Of a stretch of DNA of 64,000 nt, positions 19,757 through 29,326 are shown piece by piece. The translations under genes were made by a program, and so were the position numbers. The stretch comes from an uncultured Christensenellaceae bacterium (GTDB taxonomy: Bacteria > Bacillota > Clostridia > Christensenellales > CAG-314): positions 129,987 to 193,986 of the forward strand of contig CAJUIV010000001.1 in NCBI GenBank assembly GCA_910586905.1. Reading direction: 5' to 3'. Every line of letters starts with the position of its first letter. Within the stretch, counting starts at the first letter, position 1. Below the pieces are notes generated by a model. The model worked only from the letters and a program-made list of their open reading frames with translations, was not told the origin of the DNA and made no database searches.

Positions 19757-22700
19757 GCGATAATAAAACAACGCGGTACACAAAGCCGCAGCAAAACGTA
19801 ATAGATTATCGCGGTAAAAATATTCTTGTTTCCGCGTCGGCGGGAACGGGTAAAACTACCGTTATGATAGAGCGCATCGCTTCGTTAATCGAAGAAGGAA
19901 CGGACGTCTCGCAAATAGTGGTGGTTACTTTTACCAATCTTGCGGCTGCGGAAATGAAAAACCGTCTTGCGGTAAAGCTATCTCAAAAAACGGACGACCC
20001 GCGCGTATTCGAGCGGTTGGAAAAATTGGATACGGCAAGCATTTGCACGTTGCACGCTTTTTGCAGCGAATTGCTGCGCAACTATTTTTACGTTGCGGAT
20101 ATCGACCCGTCGTTTACCATATTGGACGAAGCTACCGTATCCACGTTAAAATCCAACGCGCTGGACGAGGTTTTCGAATTTTATTTTTCGCAAAACGACC
20201 CGCTGTTTTTTAAAACGTACAAAATTTTCTCTACCGCTCGTAAAGAAGAGAATTTTAGAAACACGCTTTTGAATCTTTACGATTTTTCTCGGCGTATAGT
20301 CGATTTCCCCGATTGGTACTCGGCAAAACGGCAAAATTTTTTGAAGTACGGCGACGATAACCCACTAGTAAAAACTATTTTAAACGATATCTCGCAAACC
20401 GTAACGTACTACAAAAACAACTATATTTCGCTTGCCGAAAGATGTTCGGACGAAGGGCTGCCTTTTGAAAACGTCGTAAGATATAATGCGGAATTGTTAG
20501 AAGGTATAAACGTCGGCAATTTATCCGACGCTTTAAACGACGTGTCTAAGATTTCATTGCAACCGCTGCCCCGCCGAAACTCTAAAAATTGTTCGGACGT
20601 CGAAGATAAAATACGCGAAGACTTTAAATCGCTTTCCTCCGAAATAAAAAAAATAGTCGGCAATTATTCGGCTATCTGCCGCGGAGAAAAACTTGAAACG
20701 CTGTGGAACGAAACCGCAAAATCAGTGGAAATAACAGATAAGCTGGTAGAAGCGGTTTGCAAATTCGACGAAACGTACTTCGAAATGAAAAAGCAGCGCG
20801 GCGGTTTGGACTTTAACGATTTGGAACATTTAACTTTAAAAGTGCTGGAAAGTCCCGAGGCGCTTGAGCAAATAAAAGAAAAGTATTCTTACGTATTCGT
20901 TGACGAGTATCAAGATACCAATCCCGTTCAGGAAGCGATAATTTCCGCTCTCGGCAAAGACTGTAATTTGTTTATGGTCGGCGACGTTAAGCAGTCAATT
21001 TACGGATTTAGAGGATGCGAACCGGATATTTTCGTAGATAAATACCGCTCGTATAAAAACGACAAAACCGGATACGTAGAAGAACTGAACGATAACTTTC
21101 GCAGTAACGCTCGCATTTTAAATTTCGTTAACGCTTTATTTAAAGGTATAATGACCGCCGACTTCGGCAAGGTCGACTACGCTCGCTCATCGATGCTCTG
21201 CGGTATAAAACCTCCTGCGTTAAACGCCGCTTCCGTTAAAATAGATTTGATAACTCGCGAAGAAAAACAGGACGAAACGCTTTCGGGAGTGTACGACATA
21301 ACCCAAATACCCGAACGTGAAAACGGGGTAGAGCAAGGCGAACTTATTGCGCGCAGAATAAAGCAATATGTCGGTTTGAAATATAAAGACGCCGACGGCG
21401 AAATAAAAACTATAACTTACGGCGATATTGTTATACTTATGCGTTCGTTGACAGACAAGGCGGAAAATATATACGCCCGTCTTGTCGAAAACGGAATACC
21501 TGTAGCAGCGGGATTTAAATCGGACGATTTGTCATCTAAGGAAATAAAAGACTTTGTCAACTTGTTGCGGGTGCTGGATAATCCTTATAACGACGTTTAC
21601 GTCGTAGGGGTTTGTTTGTCGCCTTTCGGCAAGTTTACCGAAAGCGAATTGGGCATAATCCGTTTGGATACGCAAGGACGTATTCCGTTTTATTCGAGGC
21701 TTGTCAACTACGCAAAGCAAGACGGCGATATCCGAATAAAAAACAAAATAGATTCTTTACTCGAATTTTTGGATAAAATCAGATTTTATTCCCGATGCGC
21801 TTCGGTAAGCAACGTGGCGTTGCGTGTTATTAAGGAAAGTTCGTACGATTTGTTTGTGGAAGGACTGCCTAACGGCGGTATGCGTATGCGTAAATTATAC
21901 GCGTTTATCGATAAACTTAAAGACGCCGAATATGCTCGCAGCGTTGAAAAGTTTTTATCTTATTTGGACGAATCGCACGATAATCGAGCGGACGAATCAC
22001 AGGGAGAAACGGACGCAGTAAGACTTATGACTATGCACGCGTCCAAAGGACTGGAATTTTCAATAGTTATCGTAGCGGGGTTAGAAACCAATTTCCGTTT
22101 CGATTATTCTGCGGTGGAAACAAATGCGGAAATGGGCGTTGCCGTTAAACACTACGATTTCGAAAAAATGAAAGTCGCAAACACGTTGGGCGCGGCAGCA
22201 TGCGGCATGTTTAACAAAACGAAACAGCGCGAAGAAGAAATGAGATTATTATACGTTGCGACGACGCGCGCCAAATTCGCGCTGAACTTAGTCGGCTCGC
22301 TTACGCGTAAACAGCTGGAAGCTTTACCGAAGCTGCCCGCTCGCGCGATTTCTCATTTGGATTGGCTTTTGTACGCAATTCGTAACGAGCTGAACGACGA
22401 AGCGTTTTTGTCGGAAAACAGCGTAGAGCTAAACGTCATAGAAGAACTGCCGACCGAAAACGATTCGTCAAATAACGGTTTATTATGTAAACAGCGTACC
22501 GATTTAAACGCGGAATTGAAAAAAATAAACTACCGTTATCCGTACGAAAGTCAAACCGAAATGCCGTCCAAAATAGTCAGCTCGGCGCTCGATAAAGAAT
22601 ATATCGAGGGAACGGAAGAAAGTACGTTTACGCCCGCGCTTAACGATAACGCCGACAGAAACCGTATCGGGACGGCTTATCACAAAATATTACAATACGT

Positions 22701-23145
22701 TTCGCCGGAATCTACGCAAGAGCAAATCGAAGAAATAGTGCGCGGATTGATTGCCGAAGGAAAGATAGAAAAGCGCTTTGAAGAAAAAATAGACGCGTCG
22801 AAAATATACGCCGTTCTTCGTAACGCTGAATTCAAGAGATTGCTCGTATCTGGTAAAATATACCGTGAAATACCTTTTATGCTGCTTTCCCCGTACAACG
22901 ACGTGGCAAAGGACGCCCGTTTTACGGACGAAGTTATGCTGCAGGGTGTTATCGATTTGCTTATAATCGACGGCGACAGAGCGGTCGTCGTAGATTATAA
23001 GTATACTTCTCACAGCGACACGGCGCGCGATAAATACGAAATGCAGTTAAAAAGCTACAAAACGGCGGTACAAAAAATTTGCGGTATCGATAACGTAGAG
23101 TGTTATGTGTTATCTATCGACGACAACAAATTGATAAAGATGTAG
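19753..23145 (+). CDS. addA: Helicase-nuclease AddAB subunit A
   Basis: UvrD-type motifs ASAGTGKT, FVDEYQDTN and MTMHASKGLEF. C-terminal RecB-type nuclease (IDLLIIDGD...VVDYK). Confidence 0.95.
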   Translation: MSDNKTTRYTKPQQNVIDYRGKNILVSASAGTGKTTVMIERIASLIEEGTDVSQIVVVTFTNLAAAEMKNRLAVKLSQKTDDPRVFERLEKLDTASICTLHAFCSELLRNYFYVADIDPSFTILDEATVSTLKSNALDEVFEFYFSQNDPLFFKTYKIFSTARKEENFRNTLLNLYDFSRRIVDFPDWYSAKRQNFLKYGDDNPLVKTILNDISQTVTYYKNNYISLAERCSDEGLPFENVVRYNAELLEGINVGNLSDALNDVSKISLQPLPRRNSKNCSDVEDKIREDFKSLSSEIKKIVGNYSAICRGEKLETLWNETAKSVEITDKLVEAVCKFDETYFEMKKQRGGLDFNDLEHLTLKVLESPEALEQIKEKYSYVFVDEYQDTNPVQEAIISALGKDCNLFMVGDVKQSIYGFRGCEPDIFVDKYRSYKNDKTGYVEELNDNFRSNARILNFVNALFKGIMTADFGKVDYARSSMLCGIKPPALNAASVKIDLITREEKQDETLSGVYDITQIPERENGVEQGELIARRIKQYVGLKYKDADGEIKTITYGDIVILMRSLTDKAENIYARLVENGIPVAAGFKSDDLSSKEIKDFVNLLRVLDNPYNDVYVVGVCLSPFGKFTESELGIIRLDTQGRIPFYSRLVNYAKQDGDIRIKNKIDSLLEFLDKIRFYSRCASVSNVALRVIKESSYDLFVEGLPNGGMRMRKLYAFIDKLKDAEYARSVEKFLSYLDESHDNRADESQGETDAVRLMTMHASKGLEFSIVIVAGLETNFRFDYSAVETNAEMGVAVKHYDFEKMKVANTLGAAACGMFNKTKQREEEMRLLYVATTRAKFALNLVGSLTRKQLEALPKLPARAISHLDWLLYAIRNELNDEAFLSENSVELNVIEELPTENDSSNNGLLCKQRTDLNAELKKINYRYPYESQTEMPSKIVSSALDKEYIEGTEESTFTPALNDNADRNRIGTAYHKILQYVSPESTQEQIEEIVRGLIAEGKIEKRFEEKIDASKIYAVLRNAEFKRLLVSGKIYREIPFMLLSPYNDVAKDARFTDEVMLQGVIDLLIIDGDRAVVVDYKYTSHSDTARDKYEMQLKSYKTAVQKICGIDNVECYVLSIDDNKLIKM

Positions 23146-23421
23146 CGACTGCCAAAAAGTTTAAGTTTGCGCGGCGTATCGGATACTTGACCTCTTTGTA
23201 TGCAAATTTCTTAAATAAAACGGTTTTTTAAAAGATTCGCCCGCTAATCTTCTTAACGGAAGTTCGGCGGGCGGCTTATTTTAAACGCTGTTTTCGCGGA
23301 TTTAGCAAAACGAAACAGCGGCGTAATTACGGTTTAAATTCGTAAAAAATATTTTAAAAATTTTTCTTATTCGTTTATCATGGACGATAAAAGTCAATAA
23401 TCTTACAAAACGGAGGTTACA

Positions 23422-24156
23422 ATGACTTATATCAAAGCAGTGCTACAATTTATCACAGATTACGACTTTATTATTTTGCCCGTTATCTCGCTTGTATTAG
23501 TGTGTTTCGGTGTGATTAACTGGACTCGTAACGTATACCGCAAACAGAACAAAAAACTCACGGCGTGCGCTCGGAAAATAGCTTCTTATCCGCATAAAAC
23601 CAATCAGTACGCAACCGCTATGCTGCCTGCGGAGTACAAGCGTCAATGGCGCGCGTACGTAAACGGTAAGGCTGAAAAACCGTCGTTAACATTCGAATTC
23701 GCTCCCGTCAAAAACTCGATTTGTCTAGTACGCCTTTTCGTGTTGGCGGCGATAGTCAGCGTGTTGTACGTTGTCGCGTTTGCTTTCGATTTGTCGCGAC
23801 GCGATTATCTTGTTTTTCAAATAGTTTTTTGGCTGGGTTTTTCATTATCGATGGTGGTTAACAAATTGCTGTTTATTCGCAAGGAGCGCAAAGCAAAACA
23901 AATTTTTGCCCGTTTCGTCGCCGAACTGAACAGATATGCCGACTGCAGCAAAGACAGCGGAGCGGAAATCGAAGAAACTGTCAAAAAACTGCAGCAGCTC
24001 AAAAAATGCGAAGTGAGCGACGCGGTTTTGTGCAAAGCGTCGTCGCTGCTGCGCGACAAAGGATTAAACACCGACAGAAGCGCTGCTCAGCAGCGTAAAC
24101 TCAATGCCGCACTAAACGGTTTGCTTCAATCTTATTCCCGTTCCGAAAGTTTGTAA
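23422..24156 (+). CDS. Membrane protein of unknown function
   Basis: Three predicted TM helices and a helical charged C-terminus. No recognisable family. Confidence 0.5.
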   Translation: MTYIKAVLQFITDYDFIILPVISLVLVCFGVINWTRNVYRKQNKKLTACARKIASYPHKTNQYATAMLPAEYKRQWRAYVNGKAEKPSLTFEFAPVKNSICLVRLFVLAAIVSVLYVVAFAFDLSRRDYLVFQIVFWLGFSLSMVVNKLLFIRKERKAKQIFARFVAELNRYADCSKDSGAEIEETVKKLQQLKKCEVSDAVLCKASSLLRDKGLNTDRSAAQQRKLNAALNGLLQSYSRSESL

Positions 24157-24218
24157 ATTCGAATTGCGTTTTGTAAATAAGTGTTGTTCGGGCGCGTATT
24201 TTGTGCTATACTTGACTT

Positions 24219-26039
24219 ATGTTGCAGCAAGTCGATATTCAGACAAAACTTAAAAATTTGCCCGACGAACCGGGCGTTTACATTATGTACGACGCAAACG
24301 GCAACATTTTGTACGTCGGCAAAGCAAAGGTGCTTAAAAACCGCGTTCGCCAGTATTTTCACGCTTCTACAAAAAAAAGCGAAAAAGTACTGGCGATGCT
24401 TTCGCACGTTACGGACTTTAACTATATAATAACCGCCAGCGAAGCGGACGCGCTGAGTCTGGAAAATACTCTTATCAAAAAACACACTCCGCCGTACAAT
24501 ATTCTGTTAAAAGACGACAAACAGTATCCTTATATAAAGGTTGACTTGTCTGCGGATTTTCCCAAATTTATACCTACGCGTAAGCTTGCGCGGGATAAGT
24601 ACAAATACTTCGGACCGATAACGCAAGGCGGAATAAAATCGTTTACGGATATTTTGTCGTCGGTTTTTCCGACGGTTACGTGCAATTTCAATTTCAACAA
24701 ACTTCCGCGTAATTTCCGTCCCTGTTTAAATTATCATATCGGCAGATGCACGGCTCCCTGCGCGGGTAAAATCAGCAAAGAAGATTACCGTAAAATTATC
24801 AACCGCGCCGTTTCGTTTTTATCCGGCGACGATATGGAAGTTAAACGGACGCTTATCGAAAAAATGCAAGCTTGCTCCGACAAAATGCAATACGAACAAG
24901 CGCTGACTTACAAGCGTTATCTGGAATTGATAGATAAAATTTCGCAGCAGAGGATTGTCGTACTGAACAAATTTGTGGATTACGATATGTTTGCGGCGGC
25001 AAGCAACGGGCAAAATTGCGTTGTGAATCACACTATGATTCGCGGAGGCAAAGTCGTATTCTCCGAAAATAACGCCGTTTCGGACGCGGGGATAGACGAG
25101 GCGCAAACGCTTTCCAGCTTTCTTGCGGAATATTGCGATATCGTGAAACTCAGCGGAGAATTGTATACTAATCTGCCGCTGCCGGACGAATCCGAACTCG
25201 CCGCGCTTATAAGCGAAAAAACGGGACAAAAAACGCAGATAAACTGTCCTCAAAAGCAAGATAAAAAACGACTTGTAGATATGGCGTACCGAAACGCGGT
25301 GGAGTATCTTACCAAAAGCCAAACTTCAATCGACAAAAAATTCAACACGACTCACGGAGCGGTGCTTCAGCTCGGGGAATTGCTTAAACTTAAAACTTTA
25401 CCCAAGCGGGTTGAATGTTACGATATTTCCAACGTGCAGGGTGTTGATAAAGTGGCGAGTATGGTGGTGTTTACAAACGGACAAAAAGACGCTTCGCAAT
25501 ACCGCCGATTCAGAATAAAAACCGTCGAAGGTGCAAACGACTTTGCAAGTATGAAAGAAGTTTTAACGCGCCGTTTCGAGCGTATGAAAGAAAACGACGG
25601 CGTATTCGGCAAAACTCCCGATTTGATTGTGGTAGACGGAGGTTTGGGACAACTGGATTACGCCCGTCAGGCCATGGAAGAAGCAGGCGTAAACGTGCAG
25701 CTTGTCTCTCTTGCCAAACGGGAGGAACTTGTTTACACGCTGAACGGCCGAGAACCGATATTTCTTCCCCGTAACAGCTACGCGCTGAATTTACTTATCA
25801 ATATACGCGACGAATCGCATAGGTTCGCAATAACTTATTTTCGTAAACTGCATAATAAAAACAGTATAAAGTCTGTTTTGCAGGACGTCGAAGGCATAGG
25901 CGAAAAACGCCGAATAGAACTTCACAGGCATTTTAAATCGATGGATAAACTGCGCGAAGCCACAATAGAGGAAATCGCTTCGGTCAAGGGTATGAGCCGC
26001 AGCGTCGCGGAACGTCTTTATGCGTTTTTACATCCGTAA
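24219..26039 (+). CDS. uvrC: Excinuclease ABC subunit C
   Basis: GIY-YIG N-terminus (GVYIMYDANGNILYVGKA), UvrBC-interaction region, C-terminal (HhH)2. Confidence 0.95.
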   Translation: MLQQVDIQTKLKNLPDEPGVYIMYDANGNILYVGKAKVLKNRVRQYFHASTKKSEKVLAMLSHVTDFNYIITASEADALSLENTLIKKHTPPYNILLKDDKQYPYIKVDLSADFPKFIPTRKLARDKYKYFGPITQGGIKSFTDILSSVFPTVTCNFNFNKLPRNFRPCLNYHIGRCTAPCAGKISKEDYRKIINRAVSFLSGDDMEVKRTLIEKMQACSDKMQYEQALTYKRYLELIDKISQQRIVVLNKFVDYDMFAAASNGQNCVVNHTMIRGGKVVFSENNAVSDAGIDEAQTLSSFLAEYCDIVKLSGELYTNLPLPDESELAALISEKTGQKTQINCPQKQDKKRLVDMAYRNAVEYLTKSQTSIDKKFNTTHGAVLQLGELLKLKTLPKRVECYDISNVQGVDKVASMVVFTNGQKDASQYRRFRIKTVEGANDFASMKEVLTRRFERMKENDGVFGKTPDLIVVDGGLGQLDYARQAMEEAGVNVQLVSLAKREELVYTLNGREPIFLPRNSYALNLLINIRDESHRFAITYFRKLHNKNSIKSVLQDVEGIGEKRRIELHRHFKSMDKLREATIEEIASVKGMSRSVAERLYAFLHP

Positions 26040-26141
26040 CGTTTAAAAATAAATTGCGTCCGTTAAGCGAATCGGAATAAATTTTTAATCGCGGTTTCAT
26101 CAAACGTTTACGCAACGTTTTCCGTTTGAAATTTTGCAAAT

Positions 26142-26173
26142 AAAAAAGAGGCTTTTTTGCCTCTTTTATTTTT
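26142..26173. terminator. Bidirectional terminator shared by convergent uvrC and dut
   Basis: AAAAGAGGC-TTTTTT-GCCTCTTTT hairpin with A/T runs on both sides. Overlaps the dut stop codon. Confidence 0.7.
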
Positions 26174-26654
26174 GCGGATTATCGCGCGAAGTAGACCCGA
26201 GTCCTCCGTTTCTTTCGTTCGTAACGTCGTCGTCTTCCGTAAGCAAATATTTAACGAATATTCCTTGTGCAAACGCCGTGCCTTTTGTTATTTCAAGCGT
26301 CTTGTCGCTTTCGTTTGTCATACGCACGAATATATGTCCTTCGTTTTCCGAATTGCTGTAGTCTGCGTCTATTACCCCCACCGTGTTGTTTAAACGCAGC
26401 TTGTATTTAAATCCCAATCCGCTGCGCGGAAGTATTAGCAAACACCAGTCGTCCGGCATAAGAACTCGTAATCCCGTTGCTACGGTAACCGTTTCGCGCG
26501 GTTTAAGCGTTATCGGTTCGGGCGCAAACAAATCGTATCCCGCGCTGCATTTTGTCGCGCGTTTGGGAATTTTTATGTCTTCGTAAATTTTTTCGCCGCC
26601 GTAGGGTAAAAATTGCTCTAAACTTACTTTTTCGAATTTCGCTTGTTTTCTCAT
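26166..26654 (-). CDS. dut: dUTP diphosphatase
   Basis: AGYDL motif, GVIDADY and a C-terminal GGLGST motif. Confidence 0.85.
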   Translation of the reverse strand: MRKQAKFEKVSLEQFLPYGGEKIYEDIKIPKRATKCSAGYDLFAPEPITLKPRETVTVATGLRVLMPDDWCLLILPRSGLGFKYKLRLNNTVGVIDADYSNSENEGHIFVRMTNESDKTLEITKGTAFAQGIFVKYLLTEDDDVTNERNGGLGSTSRDNPQK

Positions 26655-27046
26655 ATTTTTATAGTATCACATCATCGTTAATATTTCAACTTATTTATTT
26701 GATTTGCGCAAGATATTGCATTTGATTTACGGTTGAACGTCTAATCCGGTTACAGCTTCATAAACGTCGCAAATGGCTCGTCGGTAAGTTATTTGGCTTA
26801 ACCTTTGTTTTGCGATACGTTTTGCAAAATATCCGCGAATTCTATTTTTTAAACTGATTTTTTGCCTTTATTGTCAGCCGCGTAATATGTCGTTTGTCCG
26901 TATACAATCAGAATGTAAACGGAGGCGTAATATGTTGTCCGCGTATAAAAAAGTATGTCGAAGTATACAATCTAACAGGTTTCATATCCTTGCCCGAAAG
27001 AAAAAAATAAACAATCGCGGTTTTTTTTCATTTATGTATTTTGATA

Positions 27047-27076
27047 TTGACATTACCGCACGGGGGGGGGTATACT
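27047..27076 (+). promoter_or_regulatory. Candidate promoter TTGACA-18 nt-TATACT with a G9 tract in the spacer
   Basis: A consensus -35 and a near-consensus -10, 80 nt upstream of the TIM-barrel/ABC/GH2 gene string. Confidence 0.45.
27062..27070. repeat. G9 homopolymer
   Basis: Nine consecutive G in an otherwise AT-rich intergenic region. I noticed no other G/C run of this length in the window. Confidence 0.95.
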
Positions 27077-27155
27077 TTTAGCCGAAGTTTATAAGGCGTA
27101 ATTGTTGCCTTTGTACTGCGGATAAAAACCAAAACGTTAACGTAAGGTAAGGAAA

Positions 27156-27977
27156 ATGATTTCGGGAGCAAAAAAAGGACAGAATTTCAGATGCGGTTTT
27201 TACGATATTTCGCCCGAAAAAAGACTTTCCGCCATAAAGAACGCAGGCTTTGACGAAACGATGTTTTGGTGGGGCGACGAGTACGAGGATACCGACGGTT
27301 CCCGATATAAATTGTTCGATACGGCGGTTAAACTCGGATTGGAAGTAAATACTTGTCATTTTCCGTCCACTCACGCCGATTATTTGTGGTATAACGACGT
27401 CCGCGCCGACAGTTACGTTAAACAGTTCGACGCAGCGTGCAAAGATTGCGGCGAACGCGGAATAAAAAACTTGGTTTTGCATCTGACGCGCAGGTTGATT
27501 ACTCCGGAGCCTAACGAATACGGCGTTGCCAATTTTGCAAAAATGCTGGAATCCGCCGAGAAGCACGGAGTTGTGATAGCGATAGAAAACACGCGGTTTT
27601 TAAGGTACAACGACTTTATTTTACAGCGCTTTAAAAGCGGAAGTATCGGTTTCTGTTACGATACGGGGCATAACAACGCGTATACTCCGAACGAAAGTCC
27701 GTTGGATAAATACGGCGGAATGCTTGTAACCACGCATATACACGATAACGTAGGAGCGGTCGGTTGCGAACCCGACCAACATCATCTGATGGGCGAAGGA
27801 AACGTCGATTTCGATAAGGTATTCGCTAAATTCAAACGCTTTAACGCCAAGCACTACAATTTGGAAAGTTATTGTAACGAAACAAGCGAATACTACGGCA
27901 AATTGACTTTGGATAACTATTTGCAATTATCTTACGGTAAGTTAGACGCACAGCTAAAAAAGAGCGGCTGTGAATAA
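27156..27977 (+). CDS. Xylose-isomerase-like TIM-barrel protein (sugar phosphate isomerase/epimerase family)
   Basis: NLVLHL, IAIENT and TTHIHDN blocks typical of the AP-endonuclease-2/TIM-barrel family. Confidence 0.7.
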   Translation: MISGAKKGQNFRCGFYDISPEKRLSAIKNAGFDETMFWWGDEYEDTDGSRYKLFDTAVKLGLEVNTCHFPSTHADYLWYNDVRADSYVKQFDAACKDCGERGIKNLVLHLTRRLITPEPNEYGVANFAKMLESAEKHGVVIAIENTRFLRYNDFILQRFKSGSIGFCYDTGHNNAYTPNESPLDKYGGMLVTTHIHDNVGAVGCEPDQHHLMGEGNVDFDKVFAKFKRFNAKHYNLESYCNETSEYYGKLTLDNYLQLSYGKLDAQLKKSGCE

Positions 27978-28034
27978 ATAAGGTAATCTCGCCGCAGAAG
28001 GCGACGTTATAAAAAGAAATAAAAGGAGAAAAAA

Positions 28035-29258
28035 ATGAAAAAGAAACTTTTTAGTATGCTTCTTGTTTTTGCATTGGTAGTTGCGTCTGTTATGACAATC
28101 GTAGCTTGCACACCTAACAATGGCAACGACAGCATCGACGATATTATTGCCCAAGGGCAAAAAATGACAACGGAGCAGTTGCTTGAAAAAGCAAAGGCCG
28201 AAACGGGCGTTTTTACCGCTTACGGAACTTCTTCTCGTATTGCCGACGCTATGATAAGCTTTATCGATAAGTACGGTAAAGACCTTGGTATCGATAACGA
28301 TACGTCCAAAGGCGTTAAGAAAAACGACAGCGACGCTTATACTCTTTTAGCCGCCGAATACGCGTCTAAACAGAATAAGGGCGCTTCTATGGTTATGGTG
28401 CAAGACGGCGCTCAACTTATTCTTTACAGAGAAGAAAGTGAAATGCTTAAAAACTACGTTCCTTCCACTCTTGAAGGAATACCCGACGGCGAGCTTGTTC
28501 CTTTGGTTCACCAATACATCAATAAATTGTTTATTTGGAACAAAACCGGCAGCGGAGCCGACATCAAAGTTACCAACGTATGGCAAGTAGTCGACGACGA
28601 ATTTATGGGAAGCAAACAGCTGTTCTTCAAAAATCCCAAAACGGAACAAGTTAACAAAAACTTCCTGATAATGCTTACAAGCGACGCTTGGGCAAAGAAA
28701 TTGGCGGATTCGTACAAAGCTCTTTACAACAAAGATATCGTACTTGACAACGATTGTCCTAACGCAGGATATCAATGGGTTAAAAAATTCTTAACTAAGG
28801 CAAACTTCTCTTACGACGGAGACAGCAAAATTGCCGCAGGACTTGAAAAACCCGAAAACGCAGGAAATATGGGATTGTTCGTTTTGTCGAAGCTTCGCGA
28901 CGCTCAGGACGTTAACAACTTCCAAGTAGCCGCTTGGCAAAACGTGCCTCAAGGTAAAACGGTTGCCGTAGAGCCTTTTGCAGGATTTATGTATCCTATG
29001 TACTGCCAAATCACCACTAAAGCTCCGCGTCCTTACACAGCCATGTTGTTTATCAACTATTTGATGGAAGAAGAAGGTTTTGCAGCTTGGGGAGATTCTT
29101 GGGGCGCTTACTCCACGAACAGCAACATTCAAGTTAACGACGGAGACAAACCTTTGTCTTTCTGGAGAGATACTTTGGTAATAGAAGACGCTTCTTATAT
29201 TAAGACGAGCGTCGGTACCGTAGGACAATTTATCGATACCATTATTGCCGGTAAATAA
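28035..29258 (+). CDS. ABC transporter substrate-binding lipoprotein (Fe3+/Afu-type family)
   Basis: Signal peptide plus lipobox IVAC. Size and context: followed by a fused FbpB-like permease and an ATPase. Confidence 0.75.
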   Translation: MKKKLFSMLLVFALVVASVMTIVACTPNNGNDSIDDIIAQGQKMTTEQLLEKAKAETGVFTAYGTSSRIADAMISFIDKYGKDLGIDNDTSKGVKKNDSDAYTLLAAEYASKQNKGASMVMVQDGAQLILYREESEMLKNYVPSTLEGIPDGELVPLVHQYINKLFIWNKTGSGADIKVTNVWQVVDDEFMGSKQLFFKNPKTEQVNKNFLIMLTSDAWAKKLADSYKALYNKDIVLDNDCPNAGYQWVKKFLTKANFSYDGDSKIAAGLEKPENAGNMGLFVLSKLRDAQDVNNFQVAAWQNVPQGKTVAVEPFAGFMYPMYCQITTKAPRPYTAMLFINYLMEEEGFAAWGDSWGAYSTNSNIQVNDGDKPLSFWRDTLVIEDASYIKTSVGTVGQFIDTIIAGK

Positions 29259-29280
29259 TAAAGTTTAAATAGTTAAATCG

Positions 29281-29312
29281 AGGTTAGGGGGCGGCAATGT
29301 CGCCCCTTACCT
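29281..29312 (+). promoter_or_regulatory. Intercistronic GC-rich stem-loop between SBP and permease genes
   Basis: AGGTTAGGGGGCG / CGCCCCTTACCT imperfect inverted repeat with no U-run. This is the classic position for a hairpin that raises SBP:permease expression. Confidence 0.5.
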
Positions 29313-29326
29313 AATAAGGAGAACAT

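Noticed and set aside
26887-27081. 64-aa ORF that contains the G9 tract near its 3' end, considered as a phase-variable coding sequence.
   Set aside because: It has no SD before the ATG and an arbitrary basic composition. Its reading frame runs through what looks like a promoter (TTGACA/TATACT). The promoter-spacer interpretation fits better.
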